Notes: generated by a model not told the origin, from the letters alone. A stretch of DNA of 64,000 bases from an uncultured Bacteroidales bacterium (GCA_963783315.1 CAWAMZ010000036.1:19042-83041), one strand, 5' to 3'; positions 51,588-60,838 are shown, counted from the stretch's first letter. Numbers and translations: made by a program.

Positions 51588-52535
51588 TTACATCCATTTT
51601 CTCCGTCGCAGAAACAGTACCCCGATAATTGCAAGAATCACTGATAATCCCAGAATAGCGGGGAAAGCATAGGTGGCTGCTTCAAATGAATTGGGCACAT
51701 TCATTCCGAAAAAACTGGCGATCATGGTTGGGATGGCAAGGATAATGGTAACAATGGTAAGCTGTTTCATTACAATGTTCAGATTGTTGGAAATAACTGA
51801 AGCAAATGCATCCATCATTCCGCTTTGAATGTCGCTGTAAATATGAGCCATCTCGATAGCCTGTTTATTTTCAATCACCACATCTTCAAGCAGGTCTTCT
51901 GAGTAACTGTTGCTCTGCACAAAACGGGAAGAACGCAACTTAGCCAGTAAAAATTCATTTGATCGCAGAGAAGTAGTGAAAAATACGAGACATTTCTCAA
52001 GCTTCAACAGCTTCTGCAATTCTTCATTCTTGGTGGATTGTTCCAGGTCGTGTTCTACCAGGTTTGTCTGATGATTGATCTGTTTCAGGTACCGGTGGTA
52101 AATATTGGTAGTCTGCAGAAAAATACTCAGAATAAAATCCACTTTGTTTTCAAAATTGAAATTTTTACGATGGCGCAGGCCAAAAAATTCTGAAATTACA
52201 CTGTTTTCACGCTGACAGATAACCAGGATATTCTCGCCGGAAACAATAATACCCAGCGGTATGGTTGTGAAAGGAACCCCGTTGGAAGGAGTGTGTAAAG
52301 GAATACGTAAAATAAGAATCAGCATGTCTTCCTCGACCTCCATCCTGGAACGTTCATCAACGTCCTGAATATCAGAAATAATATCTGAGGGAATGTTAAA
52401 TGTTGAAATTAGTACTTCTACCTCACTTGGTGTAGGTGCGACAACATTTACAACGCATTCTTTTTTGTAGGTCTGAATTGGAAGTAAACCGTTGGGAATA
52501 ATCTGCCAGTAAGAAATCATTTTATGAGCCTCCAT
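51588..52535 (-). CDS. corA: CorA-family magnesium/cobalt transporter
   Basis: GMN signature (FFGMNVP) between two C-terminal TM helices. Start is ambiguous: ATG at 52535 or ATG at 52520. Confidence 0.88.
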   Translation of the reverse strand: MEAHKMISYWQIIPNGLLPIQTYKKECVVNVVAPTPSEVEVLISTFNIPSDIISDIQDVDERSRMEVEEDMLILILRIPLHTPSNGVPFTTIPLGIIVSGENILVICQRENSVISEFFGLRHRKNFNFENKVDFILSIFLQTTNIYHRYLKQINHQTNLVEHDLEQSTKNEELQKLLKLEKCLVFFTTSLRSNEFLLAKLRSSRFVQSNSYSEDLLEDVVIENKQAIEMAHIYSDIQSGMMDAFASVISNNLNIVMKQLTIVTIILAIPTMIASFFGMNVPNSFEAATYAFPAILGLSVILAIIGVLFLRRRKWM

Positions 52536-52649
52536 CAATTAAGTTCCTTCCGGAGGCTCCTGACAGGGATGCCTCAGATGGAACAGTTTATTACTAAGTT
52601 CGCCTGATGATAATCATCCATTTTTCTGGTTCATTTTTTGTTTGTTGCG

Positions 52650-52657
52650 CAAAGGTA
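52650..52657 (-). promoter_or_regulatory. candidate -7 box (TACCTTTG) for corA
   Basis: Exact TAnnTTTG match on the minus strand. It implies a leader of about 110-125 nt. Motif evidence only. Confidence 0.3.
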
Positions 52658-52944
52658 AATTTTTTTTGGTAAAAAAGGGGTTTAATTGTGTCGTTTTGGT
52701 TATTTTTTTGTTTTTGTGAAGCTTTTTACCTGTTAATGCTTTATAAACAACGTATACGTCGTATTGGTCTAATTGTTTGGAGTAAGAGAAGAAATTGAAA
52801 AGGCTGTAAAATAATCAACAACTTAAATGATTGAAAGTAAGAGTGAAAGAGGATAAGCCTTAGTCCTTGTAAATATTTATAGATTACCTTGATAACAGAG
52901 ACTTTAGAAAAAGTATTATTTTTGTGAAATTTATAACAACAGGA

Positions 52945-52952
52945 TATTTTTG
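52945..52952 (+). promoter_or_regulatory. candidate -7 box (TATTTTTG) for the CoA-transferase gene
   Basis: Exact TAnnTTTG match 26 nt upstream of the ATG at 52978. A second identical box lies at 52917-52924. Motif evidence only. Confidence 0.3.
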
Positions 52953-52977
52953 CAATTTCAATTTAAACATTACAACC

Positions 52978-54282
52978 ATGACGTATAAGACAGTAAGGGC
53001 AGAAGAGGCTGTAAAAGCAATAAAATCAGGTGATCGTGTGCATCTGAGTAGTGTGGCGGTGACACCTCACCATCTCATTGAGGCAATGGTTGCCAGGGGA
53101 CGAAACGGGGAACTGAGTAATGTAACCATTCAGCACATCCATACTGAAGGTCCTGCACCTTATGCTGCTCCGGAATTTGAAGGAATCTTTCAGCTTGAAT
53201 CATTTTTCGTGGGGGCCAATGTGCGCAAACAAACACAGGCTGGCTATGCCGATTATATTCCGGTATTTTTATGTGAAACACAAAAACTTATCCGGCAGGG
53301 ATACCTGAAGGTAAATGTTGCGATGGTGCAGGTATCACCTCCCGACCGTCATGGGTTTGTAAGTCTGGGTACTTCGGTTGATGCTACTCTTGCAGCTATC
53401 GAAAATGCTGATGTGGTTATAGCACAGATAAATAAATATGTGCCGCGCACCTGGGGAGATGCCCAGATCAGTATCAAGGAGATTGATTATTTTGTGGAAC
53501 ATCATACCCCGCTTGTCTCCCATGAAAATCCGCCTGTTTCGGAAATCGAAAAGGCGATTGGATATAATGTTGCACAGCTTGTTGAAGACGGAGCCTGCAT
53601 TCAAATGGGTATCGGAGGCATACCCAATGCGGTGCTTGCTGAGCTGGGCAATCATAAAGACCTTGGTGTACATACAGAAATGTTCTCTGACGGATTGCTT
53701 CCGCTCATTGAAAAAGGAGTAGTAACCGGTAAAAGAAAGCAGATTGACAAGGGCCGTATTGTTGCTTCTTTCCTTATGGGATCTGAAGCCCTGTATGATT
53801 TTATTGACGATAATCCACTGGTTGCTATGATGGATGTGGCACATACAAACTCAGTTCCGGTGGTCAGGAAAAATCACAAGGTAACTGCCATCAATTCAGC
53901 AATGGCGGTTGATCTTACCGGACAGGTTTGTGCCGATTCAATCGGGCAGACACATTATTCAGGTGTTGGTGGTCAGATCGATTTTATCAGAGGTGCGGGT
54001 TACTCCGAAGGAGGCAAACCAATTATTGCCATGCCGAGTATAACTGCAAAAGGAGTTTCCAAAATTACACCTACACTGCTGGAGGGATCGGGAGTGGTAA
54101 CTACCCGTGCCAATATTCACTGGCTGGTAACCGAGTACGGGGCAGTTAACCTGTATGGAAAACCCATGCAGGAGAGGGCCAAACAGATCATTTCGGTTGC
54201 ACACCCCGATCACCGCGAGTCTCTTGACAGAGCTGCTTTTGAAAGATTTGGACCGCATTTCCACTTTGTTGCAGGTAAGTAG
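52978..54282 (+). CDS. acetyl-CoA hydrolase/transferase family protein (4-hydroxybutyrate or succinyl-CoA:acetate CoA-transferase type)
   Basis: 434 aa counted from MTYKTVRAEEAVKAIKSGDRV. Family motifs GIGGIPNAV and VTTRANIHWLVTEYG. Confidence 0.85.
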   Translation: MTYKTVRAEEAVKAIKSGDRVHLSSVAVTPHHLIEAMVARGRNGELSNVTIQHIHTEGPAPYAAPEFEGIFQLESFFVGANVRKQTQAGYADYIPVFLCETQKLIRQGYLKVNVAMVQVSPPDRHGFVSLGTSVDATLAAIENADVVIAQINKYVPRTWGDAQISIKEIDYFVEHHTPLVSHENPPVSEIEKAIGYNVAQLVEDGACIQMGIGGIPNAVLAELGNHKDLGVHTEMFSDGLLPLIEKGVVTGKRKQIDKGRIVASFLMGSEALYDFIDDNPLVAMMDVAHTNSVPVVRKNHKVTAINSAMAVDLTGQVCADSIGQTHYSGVGGQIDFIRGAGYSEGGKPIIAMPSITAKGVSKITPTLLEGSGVVTTRANIHWLVTEYGAVNLYGKPMQERAKQIISVAHPDHRESLDRAAFERFGPHFHFVAGK

Positions 54283-54301
54283 GGATTATTATTGATGTTT
54301 T

Positions 54302-55693
54302 CTAATTTCTTGTTTTAAGGAAGCTAATCAGCGCCCTCAGTTCCTTTTCGTTGAGAGATGATCCGTATGCCGGCATATTACCACCGCCGTTTACAATTTT
54401 GAGTGTTAGCTGTTCATCATTAAGCCGGGCACCCACATGGGTGAGTTCCGGACCTCTTTTACCACCGTGTCCTGCAATGGTGTGGCAGTATAGGCATCCT
54501 TTATCGAAGAATAGTTGAGATCCTTCCATGGCTTCCTGGCTGACTTCCCCCACAACTTCCTTTGGCAGTTCTTTTGCCTGAAAGTCAGGGGACCATGGTG
54601 ATTTAGTTCCTTCATACCAAAAGACGGCGACTACCATTACAATAAACACAACGATACCAATTGCCCAGGGCCTGCGGAGGGGACTCCGCTCTCCTTTGCC
54701 GGCCATGATAGGAAGCAAAATCAGGATGAGTCCGACAAGCGGCGGGCCAAATGCCATTATAACGGATTCAATCTGAGGCGGCATAAGGGCAAAAAGTGCG
54801 AAGATCCATAACAGGTACCAGTCGGGTCTTGGATTGGAATGGATATCTGAAGGGTTGGGAGGTGCACCGATTTCAGGGGCACCGACTACAACAGCCAGTA
54901 CTAATATTGCTACCACAACCAGGAAACCGAAAGCCATATCCCGCCAGGCAGCATTGGGCCAGAAAGGCACTCCATCCCTGTGCAGCATATCCTGATACCA
55001 TTTCCGGTATGTTTTGGGGTCAACAGGTCTGCCTGCCTTAGGAGGTTCCGAGATTCCGTTCCTGATTACCAGTACCAGGTGAAGGCCCAGTAATCCGAAG
55101 AGAATGGCAGGAACCAGGAACACATGCAGTGCAAAGAACCTGTTCAGGGACGCACCGCCGATGGTGTCGCCTCCAATGAGAAAATGGGCTGCCCAGGTCC
55201 CGATTAACGGAACACGACCAGCCTGCTGTGCTCCAACAATCGCCGACCATACTCCATTACTGTCCCAGCGCAACAACTGGCCTGTAAATCCCATCATAAC
55301 GGTGAGTAGCAGCAGGATCACACCGGATATCCAGCTCATTTCCCTTGGATATTTAAAGGAAGCGGTGATATAAACTCTTATCATATGTATGCCTACAAGC
55401 AATATCATGGCCGAAGCACCCCAGTAATGGATACCTCTCAGAATATGCCCAAGGGGAACCACGTCATTGATATTTTTGAGTGAATCATAGGCAGCGTCGG
55501 AAGTAGGCTGATACAAAAAAGCCAGCGCGATTCCTGTCACGACCTGAAGAATCAGGCAGAAAAGTGTAGCACTACCGAAAACGTAAGCCCATTTTGCACC
55601 TGATGGAACCGGATGCTTTGCCAGCGGATTGATTAATTCAGTTATTCCGGACCTGTCATCAATCCATTGCCAGAGTTGTCTGAGTTTCTTCAT
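54302..55693 (-). CDS. cytochrome b (b6 plus subunit-IV-like) fused to a C-terminal monohaem cytochrome c domain
   Basis: 463 aa. Haem ligands H-x13-H (HYWGASAMILLVGIH) and H-x14-H (HVFLVPAILFGLLGLH). PDWY Qo motif. C-terminal CLYCH haem c site with a downstream GGNMPAYG. Confidence 0.88.
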   Translation of the reverse strand: MKKLRQLWQWIDDRSGITELINPLAKHPVPSGAKWAYVFGSATLFCLILQVVTGIALAFLYQPTSDAAYDSLKNINDVVPLGHILRGIHYWGASAMILLVGIHMIRVYITASFKYPREMSWISGVILLLLTVMMGFTGQLLRWDSNGVWSAIVGAQQAGRVPLIGTWAAHFLIGGDTIGGASLNRFFALHVFLVPAILFGLLGLHLVLVIRNGISEPPKAGRPVDPKTYRKWYQDMLHRDGVPFWPNAAWRDMAFGFLVVVAILVLAVVVGAPEIGAPPNPSDIHSNPRPDWYLLWIFALFALMPPQIESVIMAFGPPLVGLILILLPIMAGKGERSPLRRPWAIGIVVFIVMVVAVFWYEGTKSPWSPDFQAKELPKEVVGEVSQEAMEGSQLFFDKGCLYCHTIAGHGGKRGPELTHVGARLNDEQLTLKIVNGGGNMPAYGSSLNEKELRALISFLKTRN

Positions 55694-56199
55694 GTGGTTT
55701 CTTCTCCTAATGTAGTGATTGGTATTGGACTAGTTAGTATTTCTACCTTATTGTTATGGATCCTTGCTTTATAACGAGGTAAGGGCAGGGGTGGAGGACC
55801 GGCAGCCAGTGAACCGTCGTTGTTATATACGCCACCGTGGCACGGGCAAAGGAACAATCCTGCGTCAGCAATATACCTCACGGGACAACCCAGGTGCGTA
55901 CAATTTACCGAAAAGGCGATAAATTCATTATCTGAGGATCTCCTTAACCAGGCTGCTGTTTCTGATGTAACACCAGACCATGGCAATGGATCGGCATTCT
56001 CAAATTTAACAAGCCGGGTCTCTCCAACCTTAAAATCATCTACAGCTGCAATAACCCGCCATACCTCATTCTTTTTCCTTAGTATCGGCTCGATAAGTGC
56101 ACCGATAACCGGAATTGATACAAGCAGACCGGCAAAAGCGCTGCCGCCCATAAGTAATTTAACAATAAAATTTCTTCGTGTCTCCTTCATTTCTTCCAT
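55690..56199 (-). CDS. Rieske [2Fe-2S] subunit
   Basis: 169 aa. Tat-like RRNFIVKLL N-terminus and cluster boxes CTHLGCP and CPCHGG. ATGA overlap with the cytochrome b gene. Confidence 0.9.
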   Translation of the reverse strand: MEEMKETRRNFIVKLLMGGSAFAGLLVSIPVIGALIEPILRKKNEVWRVIAAVDDFKVGETRLVKFENADPLPWSGVTSETAAWLRRSSDNEFIAFSVNCTHLGCPVRYIADAGLFLCPCHGGVYNNDGSLAAGPPPLPLPRYKARIHNNKVEILTSPIPITTLGEETT

Positions 56200-56207
56200 A
56201 GCCGGTT

Positions 56208-56432
56208 TTATTTATGTTCATGACTCAGGTCCTGTATCCAGCCGCTGATGGCGATGATAATAATTACGGCACCTACTCCGGTAATGATCAGTGAGGTTAT
56301 TAGTCCCCAAAAGAAAAACAACACACCAAAGGCCAGGATAAAGGGCCAGAATGTAAGTTCAGGGATCTTGTCGGGAGCCGGATCACTCAGTGGATATTCC
56401 TCTTCCTGTTTTTTTAATTCTTCCAGGTTCAT
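56208..56432 (-). CDS. small two-TM membrane protein of unknown function inside the respiratory operon
   Basis: 74 aa. Acidic N-terminus, then two hydrophobic helices (WPFILAFGVLFFFWGLI, IITGVGAVIIIIAISGWI). Intergenic gaps of only 8 and 18 nt to its neighbours. Confidence 0.6.
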   Translation of the reverse strand: MNLEELKKQEEEYPLSDPAPDKIPELTFWPFILAFGVLFFFWGLITSLIITGVGAVIIIIAISGWIQDLSHEHK

Positions 56433-56450
56433 TATTTTGTTTTTTAATAG

Positions 56451-57254
56451 TTAGCTGTTATATTTTTGAAATTCTGCTTCAGGAGTTTTGTACCATTTTG
56501 CCAGTGTGATCAGAATATTGGCAACATATACAAAACAGGCAGGTACCCACATAATCAGTCCACCCATTTGCTGGTCGATGGTGGGTGTGATACCCCAGTT
56601 GTTCACAATCAGTCCTTCTACAGCTGCGTTTTGAGCCATGTGCATAGTGGTATATACATCCACAGGCGTAAAAGCAATAAAAATACCAAGTACAGTACAA
56701 CCCACACAGGCACTAAAAAGGTATAAAGCACGCTCAAGCGGATGAAGCTTCATCCATTCCACAGGCGAAAACACAGGCCAGATGAATACAAGCCCGATAA
56801 GCAGCAAGGATACCATCTGCAGTACCATAATTGCCTGTGATTGCTTCATGGCCATGTACAGTGAAGGAATATGCCAGATATACATGGAACCAACACCCAA
56901 TACCCATGCGGTTACAGGATGAAAAAGTACTTTCCCGGTTTTTCTGAAAAAGCTTTTACTGATCAGCCGTTTTAAATATCCGGGATCGGTGCCGGCCAGT
57001 AACAGGGGCGGAATTATTAACAGTAACATGATATGCTCTGTCATGTGCGCTGAAAACAGGTAATGATGACCAAGAAAATCCAGGGGTGACAAAGTTACCA
57101 GCAGGAGCAACAATATTCCTGCAAAGAAAACACGGCTGTTGCGGGTAAATTTATAACCGTTTCCGTACCAGTGCCAAAGGGTAAAGAGCAGGGCAATGAT
57201 AAGGGCTGGCAGGTTAATGTGCCAGTACGATGTAAGAATATCAAGTGTTGTCAT
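56451..57254 (-). CDS. ctaG: cytochrome c oxidase assembly factor, Bacillus CtaG (Caa3_CtaG) type
   Basis: 267 aa polytopic protein. SAHMTEHIMLLLIIPPLLLAG motif. ATGA overlap with cox3. Confidence 0.7.
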   Translation of the reverse strand: MTTLDILTSYWHINLPALIIALLFTLWHWYGNGYKFTRNSRVFFAGILLLLLVTLSPLDFLGHHYLFSAHMTEHIMLLLIIPPLLLAGTDPGYLKRLISKSFFRKTGKVLFHPVTAWVLGVGSMYIWHIPSLYMAMKQSQAIMVLQMVSLLLIGLVFIWPVFSPVEWMKLHPLERALYLFSACVGCTVLGIFIAFTPVDVYTTMHMAQNAAVEGLIVNNWGITPTIDQQMGGLIMWVPACFVYVANILITLAKWYKTPEAEFQKYNS

Positions 57255-57802
57255 ATGATTGATCCTATATATACCACACTAAATACAACAATCCAGACTG
57301 CATCAACAAAATGCCAGTAAATGGAAGCAGATTCCAGTGCGGAGGTTCCTAATTTGTTGAATTTGTCTTTATAAATGAGATAGGCAATGACAGACAATAC
57401 AATCAGGCCTATCAGAACATGCAGCCCGTGAAACCCGGTAAGGGTAAAAAAGGCTGAACCAAATACGTTTTTATCAATGGTTATGTCAATCTCAAAAAGA
57501 TGAGCATACTCCAGACTTTGTCCGACAAGAAAAACCAATCCAAGTACAATTGTTGCTATCATCCAGCCGACCATACCTTTATGATTACCTTTCTTAAGCC
57601 GTGTATCAGCCACATTGATTGTCACACTACTGGACAGCAGAAATACGGTAAAGATTGCTGTTTTCTTTACATCAAGGAAACGAGCTGTATCAGAAAGTTT
57701 GCCGCCGGGATGACTGTAATACACGTAAGCAATGATCAGAGCCAGAAAGAAAAAGGCTTCTGAGGCGACAAAAAAGTACATCATCATTTTATTCTTGGTC
57801 AT
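57251..57802 (-). CDS. cytochrome c oxidase subunit III (short form)
   Basis: 183 aa with five TM helices. Motifs SEAFFF, GFHGLHV and WHFVDAVW. Confidence 0.85.
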   Translation of the reverse strand: MTKNKMMMYFFVASEAFFFLALIIAYVYYSHPGGKLSDTARFLDVKKTAIFTVFLLSSSVTINVADTRLKKGNHKGMVGWMIATIVLGLVFLVGQSLEYAHLFEIDITIDKNVFGSAFFTLTGFHGLHVLIGLIVLSVIAYLIYKDKFNKLGTSALESASIYWHFVDAVWIVVFSVVYIGSII

Positions 57803-59477
57803 GGTCAGCTGATTTAGGTTTTAGATTTCTTTTCCAGTCAGGGTCTTCCGGGTGATCAATATCCCATACAGGTCTTCTGCTTCTTACAAGCGGTATTTTC
57901 TCGTAACTCTTAGGTTGTGGGGGTGATTTAGTCAGCCATTCCATGGTAAATGCCTGCCAGGGGTTGTCCCCGGCTTTCTTTCCATGTTTGAGACTCCAGA
58001 ATACGTTAATGAAAAACAACAGGAATGAGATACCGAATACAAAGGAACTGATGGTAGAGAACATATTAAGTGAGCCCAGGTAAGGCAGATCAGGATAAGT
58101 AAACACCCTGCGGGGCATCCCCAGCATTCCGAGAAAATGGAACACGAAGAAAGTACAGTTAAAACCGATAAAGAAAATCCAGAAATGCCATTTACCTAAC
58201 TTTTCAGAAAGCATGCGGCCGGTTATTTTCGGGAACCAGTAATATGCTCCGGCAAATCCACCGGTGAGTGCTGCCCCGATAAATACATAATGAATATGAG
58301 CAACTACGAAGTAGGTGTCTGTCAGTCTCCAGTCGACCGGTACTATGGCAAAGCCAACTCCTTCAAGTCCGCCAATGGTAAAATCGATAAGCAGGGCGAG
58401 CGCGAACAACATAGCGGTCTTAAAGTGCACTGACCCGCCCCACATCGTGGCTGCCCAGTTGAATATCTTCACACCGGTTGGTACAGCGATAAGCATACTG
58501 GTGGCAGCAAAAAAGGCTCCGAATGTAGTACCCAGGCCAACTGCAAACATGTGATGGGCCCATACCCCAAAGGAGAGCAATACGATGGCTACAGAAGAGG
58601 CCGCAATAAATTCATATCCAAAGATAGGTTTACGGGAGAAAACAGGAATAACTTCCGATACAATTCCAAATGCAGGCAATGCAAGGATATAAACTTCCGG
58701 ATGTCCGAAAACCCAAAATACGTGTTGCCAAAGGATGGCTGATCCGCCGGTTGAGGTGGTGAAAAAATGAGCATCAAGCTGACGGTCAAGCAAAATCATT
58801 ACCAGGCCGGCATTCAGGACGGGGAAAGCTGATAGGATAAGAAATGCATTTACAAAGATCATCCAGACAAACAAAGGTAGCTGAGTGATGGCCATTCCTT
58901 TAGCACGCATGGTAAGCGTGGTGACAATAAAGTTCAGTGCGGCCCCGATGGTCCCGATCCCCATCAGCAGAATACTCAGGGCCCAGTAATCGACCCCCGG
59001 CGTAAAATTGTAGTATTTTTCACTTAAGGGGGCATAGCTGAACCAACCTACATTGGGGGCACCTCCTGCAAAATAGGAAAAGTACAAAATAATACCTCCC
59101 AGCAGGAAGATCCAGAAGCTAAAAGCATTCAGACGGGGGAAAGCCATTTCATTGGCTCCGATCATCAGAGGTATAAAATAGGTAGCAAACCCAATGGCTA
59201 TTGGTGTCAACACCAGGAAGATCATGGTTGTGCCATGCATAGAGAAGATCTGGTTATAGGCTTCGGGTGACAGGAAGCTGTTTTCGGGTCTAGCCAGCTG
59301 TATACGCATCATCATGGCTTCGACGAAGCCGATGACAAAAAATATCATGGCTGTCCAGAGATACATGATACCGATCTGCTTATGGTCTACCGAAGAGATC
59401 CATTGCAGCAAACCGTTTCCGGTTCTTATACTTGGTAAGGGTTCAGTGGATTCAGGAATGTGAATTCTTAGGTTCAT
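57789..59477 (-). CDS. cytochrome c oxidase subunit I
   Basis: The ATG at 59477 (MNLRIHIPE...) forms an ATGA overlap with the coxII stop. WVFGHPEVY, and HHMF-type haem/CuB ligands (WAHHMF). Confidence 0.93.
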   Translation of the reverse strand: MNLRIHIPESTEPLPSIRTGNGLLQWISSVDHKQIGIMYLWTAMIFFVIGFVEAMMMRIQLARPENSFLSPEAYNQIFSMHGTTMIFLVLTPIAIGFATYFIPLMIGANEMAFPRLNAFSFWIFLLGGIILYFSYFAGGAPNVGWFSYAPLSEKYYNFTPGVDYWALSILLMGIGTIGAALNFIVTTLTMRAKGMAITQLPLFVWMIFVNAFLILSAFPVLNAGLVMILLDRQLDAHFFTTSTGGSAILWQHVFWVFGHPEVYILALPAFGIVSEVIPVFSRKPIFGYEFIAASSVAIVLLSFGVWAHHMFAVGLGTTFGAFFAATSMLIAVPTGVKIFNWAATMWGGSVHFKTAMLFALALLIDFTIGGLEGVGFAIVPVDWRLTDTYFVVAHIHYVFIGAALTGGFAGAYYWFPKITGRMLSEKLGKWHFWIFFIGFNCTFFVFHFLGMLGMPRRVFTYPDLPYLGSLNMFSTISSFVFGISFLLFFINVFWSLKHGKKAGDNPWQAFTMEWLTKSPPQPKSYEKIPLVRSRRPVWDIDHPEDPDWKRNLKPKSADHDQE

Positions 59478-60436
59478 TTTAGGTCCTCCAGGTATGTTGA
59501 AAGAGCGTTTACTTGGTCTTTGGTTAACATGAAATTGGGCATATGTGCGCCTTCTTTTACTTTTTGCGGATTGGTGAGCCAACGCTTCATATTTTCGGTA
59601 TTATTGGTCAGCATACCACTTAACAGGGTGATGCGTGATCCGACATGAGTAAGGTCGGGCCCGATATGAGAGTTTGCCGGGGTGCCTGCAATAGCATGAC
59701 AGTTGGCGCAGGTCATACTCTGAAACATTTTGGCTCCGGCTATGGCTATACTATCTGTGGGGGTAGGAGGTACCAGCTGTTGATGTTTGATCCAGTTATC
59801 AAAATCTTCCTGGCTCTGGGCAATTACCTTGATTCGCATCCAGGCATGTTCGGCTCCGCAGTATTCACTGCATGTGCCCTCATAAACGCCTGGCTTGTCA
59901 GCATTTATCCAGCTGTGATTGATGCGTCCGGGCACGGCATCTGTTTTTCTTCCCAGGTCAGGCACCCACCAGCTGTGAATAACATCTGCTGACTGAATAC
60001 GCATCAGCAGTTTCTCACCTGCCGGAATATGCAACTCGTTGGCCGTGATTACACCATATTTGGGATACCGCATGTCCCACCAGAACTGATGGGCAATAAT
60101 CTCAATGTCCGGTTTCTGATCCTTTTTAAACGGACGGTTGATCTTTTTCATTACCTTGAGTGTAAGGAAAAAGAAAACAGTTACGGCAATAAGCGGAAGC
60201 ACTGTCCATGTAATTTCCAGCGTTTTATGACCGGATACCTGTTCCGGCTCTCCCTGTTTTTTCTTTGAATGGTATTTGAGGCCCCCGACGATTACCATGA
60301 AAGCTACAATGGCAAATATTACGACCGCTAAGATAAGGTATTGTATAATTAGATTATTAATGTCGTAGGCCTCTCCGGATGAGGAGATGAATTGCTGTTC
60401 AAAAAAATGCCGGATGGCATTAAAAAATTCCTTCAT
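59474..60436 (-). CDS. cytochrome c oxidase subunit II with a fused C-terminal cytochrome c (caa3 type)
   Basis: 320 aa. CuA site HSWWVP...CSEYCGAEHAWM. C-terminal CANCH haem c motif with a downstream AHMP. Confidence 0.92.
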   Translation of the reverse strand: MKEFFNAIRHFFEQQFISSSGEAYDINNLIIQYLILAVVIFAIVAFMVIVGGLKYHSKKKQGEPEQVSGHKTLEITWTVLPLIAVTVFFFLTLKVMKKINRPFKKDQKPDIEIIAHQFWWDMRYPKYGVITANELHIPAGEKLLMRIQSADVIHSWWVPDLGRKTDAVPGRINHSWINADKPGVYEGTCSEYCGAEHAWMRIKVIAQSQEDFDNWIKHQQLVPPTPTDSIAIAGAKMFQSMTCANCHAIAGTPANSHIGPDLTHVGSRITLLSGMLTNNTENMKRWLTNPQKVKEGAHMPNFMLTKDQVNALSTYLEDLK

Positions 60437-60756
60437 ATAGGTCGACTTTAGGTTTTTTTTAGCTTTTAGTATCTAAAGATAGATATTTCTTTTTTCTTAT
60501 AAAAATGAATAAGGCATTAATATCGTACTATATAAGGTTAGACCTGCCTTCTTAAAGTCCGCTTTATATTCTCTTTTCATTCGCTTCCAAAATGTTATAA
60601 ACATAAAAAGATATTTAATTCGGAATAAGATTAATTTTCTTTTTTATTAAAAATTTTCCGGGCTACCTGACTCCAATTTTCTTACTGTTGTTTTTAACAT
60701 GTATTCAACTAAAGCGGGTAGTATTTTGTTCAATAACCATAATTAGTTTTTCAGCA

Positions 60757-60764
60757 TAGGTTTG
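60757..60764 (+). promoter_or_regulatory. candidate -7 box (TAGGTTTG) for the crtA-like gene
   Basis: Exact TAnnTTTG match 75 nt upstream of the ATG at 60839. Motif evidence only. Confidence 0.3.
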
Positions 60765-60838
60765 AAAATCAAATTTATAAAAGCTAAGAAATTTTCTATA
60801 ATTCAATCTACTGCATCACGAAAACGAGAAAAGTATAA

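Noticed and set aside
52560-52590. Resemblance of GAGGCAUCCCUGU in the corA leader to the GAGGCUCCUGU core of the M-box (ykoK) Mg2+ riboswitch.
   Set aside because: The match is short and sits at the 3' end of the leader rather than the 5' end. The remaining approximately 130 nt of M-box architecture is not present. Only a covariance-model search could revive this idea.
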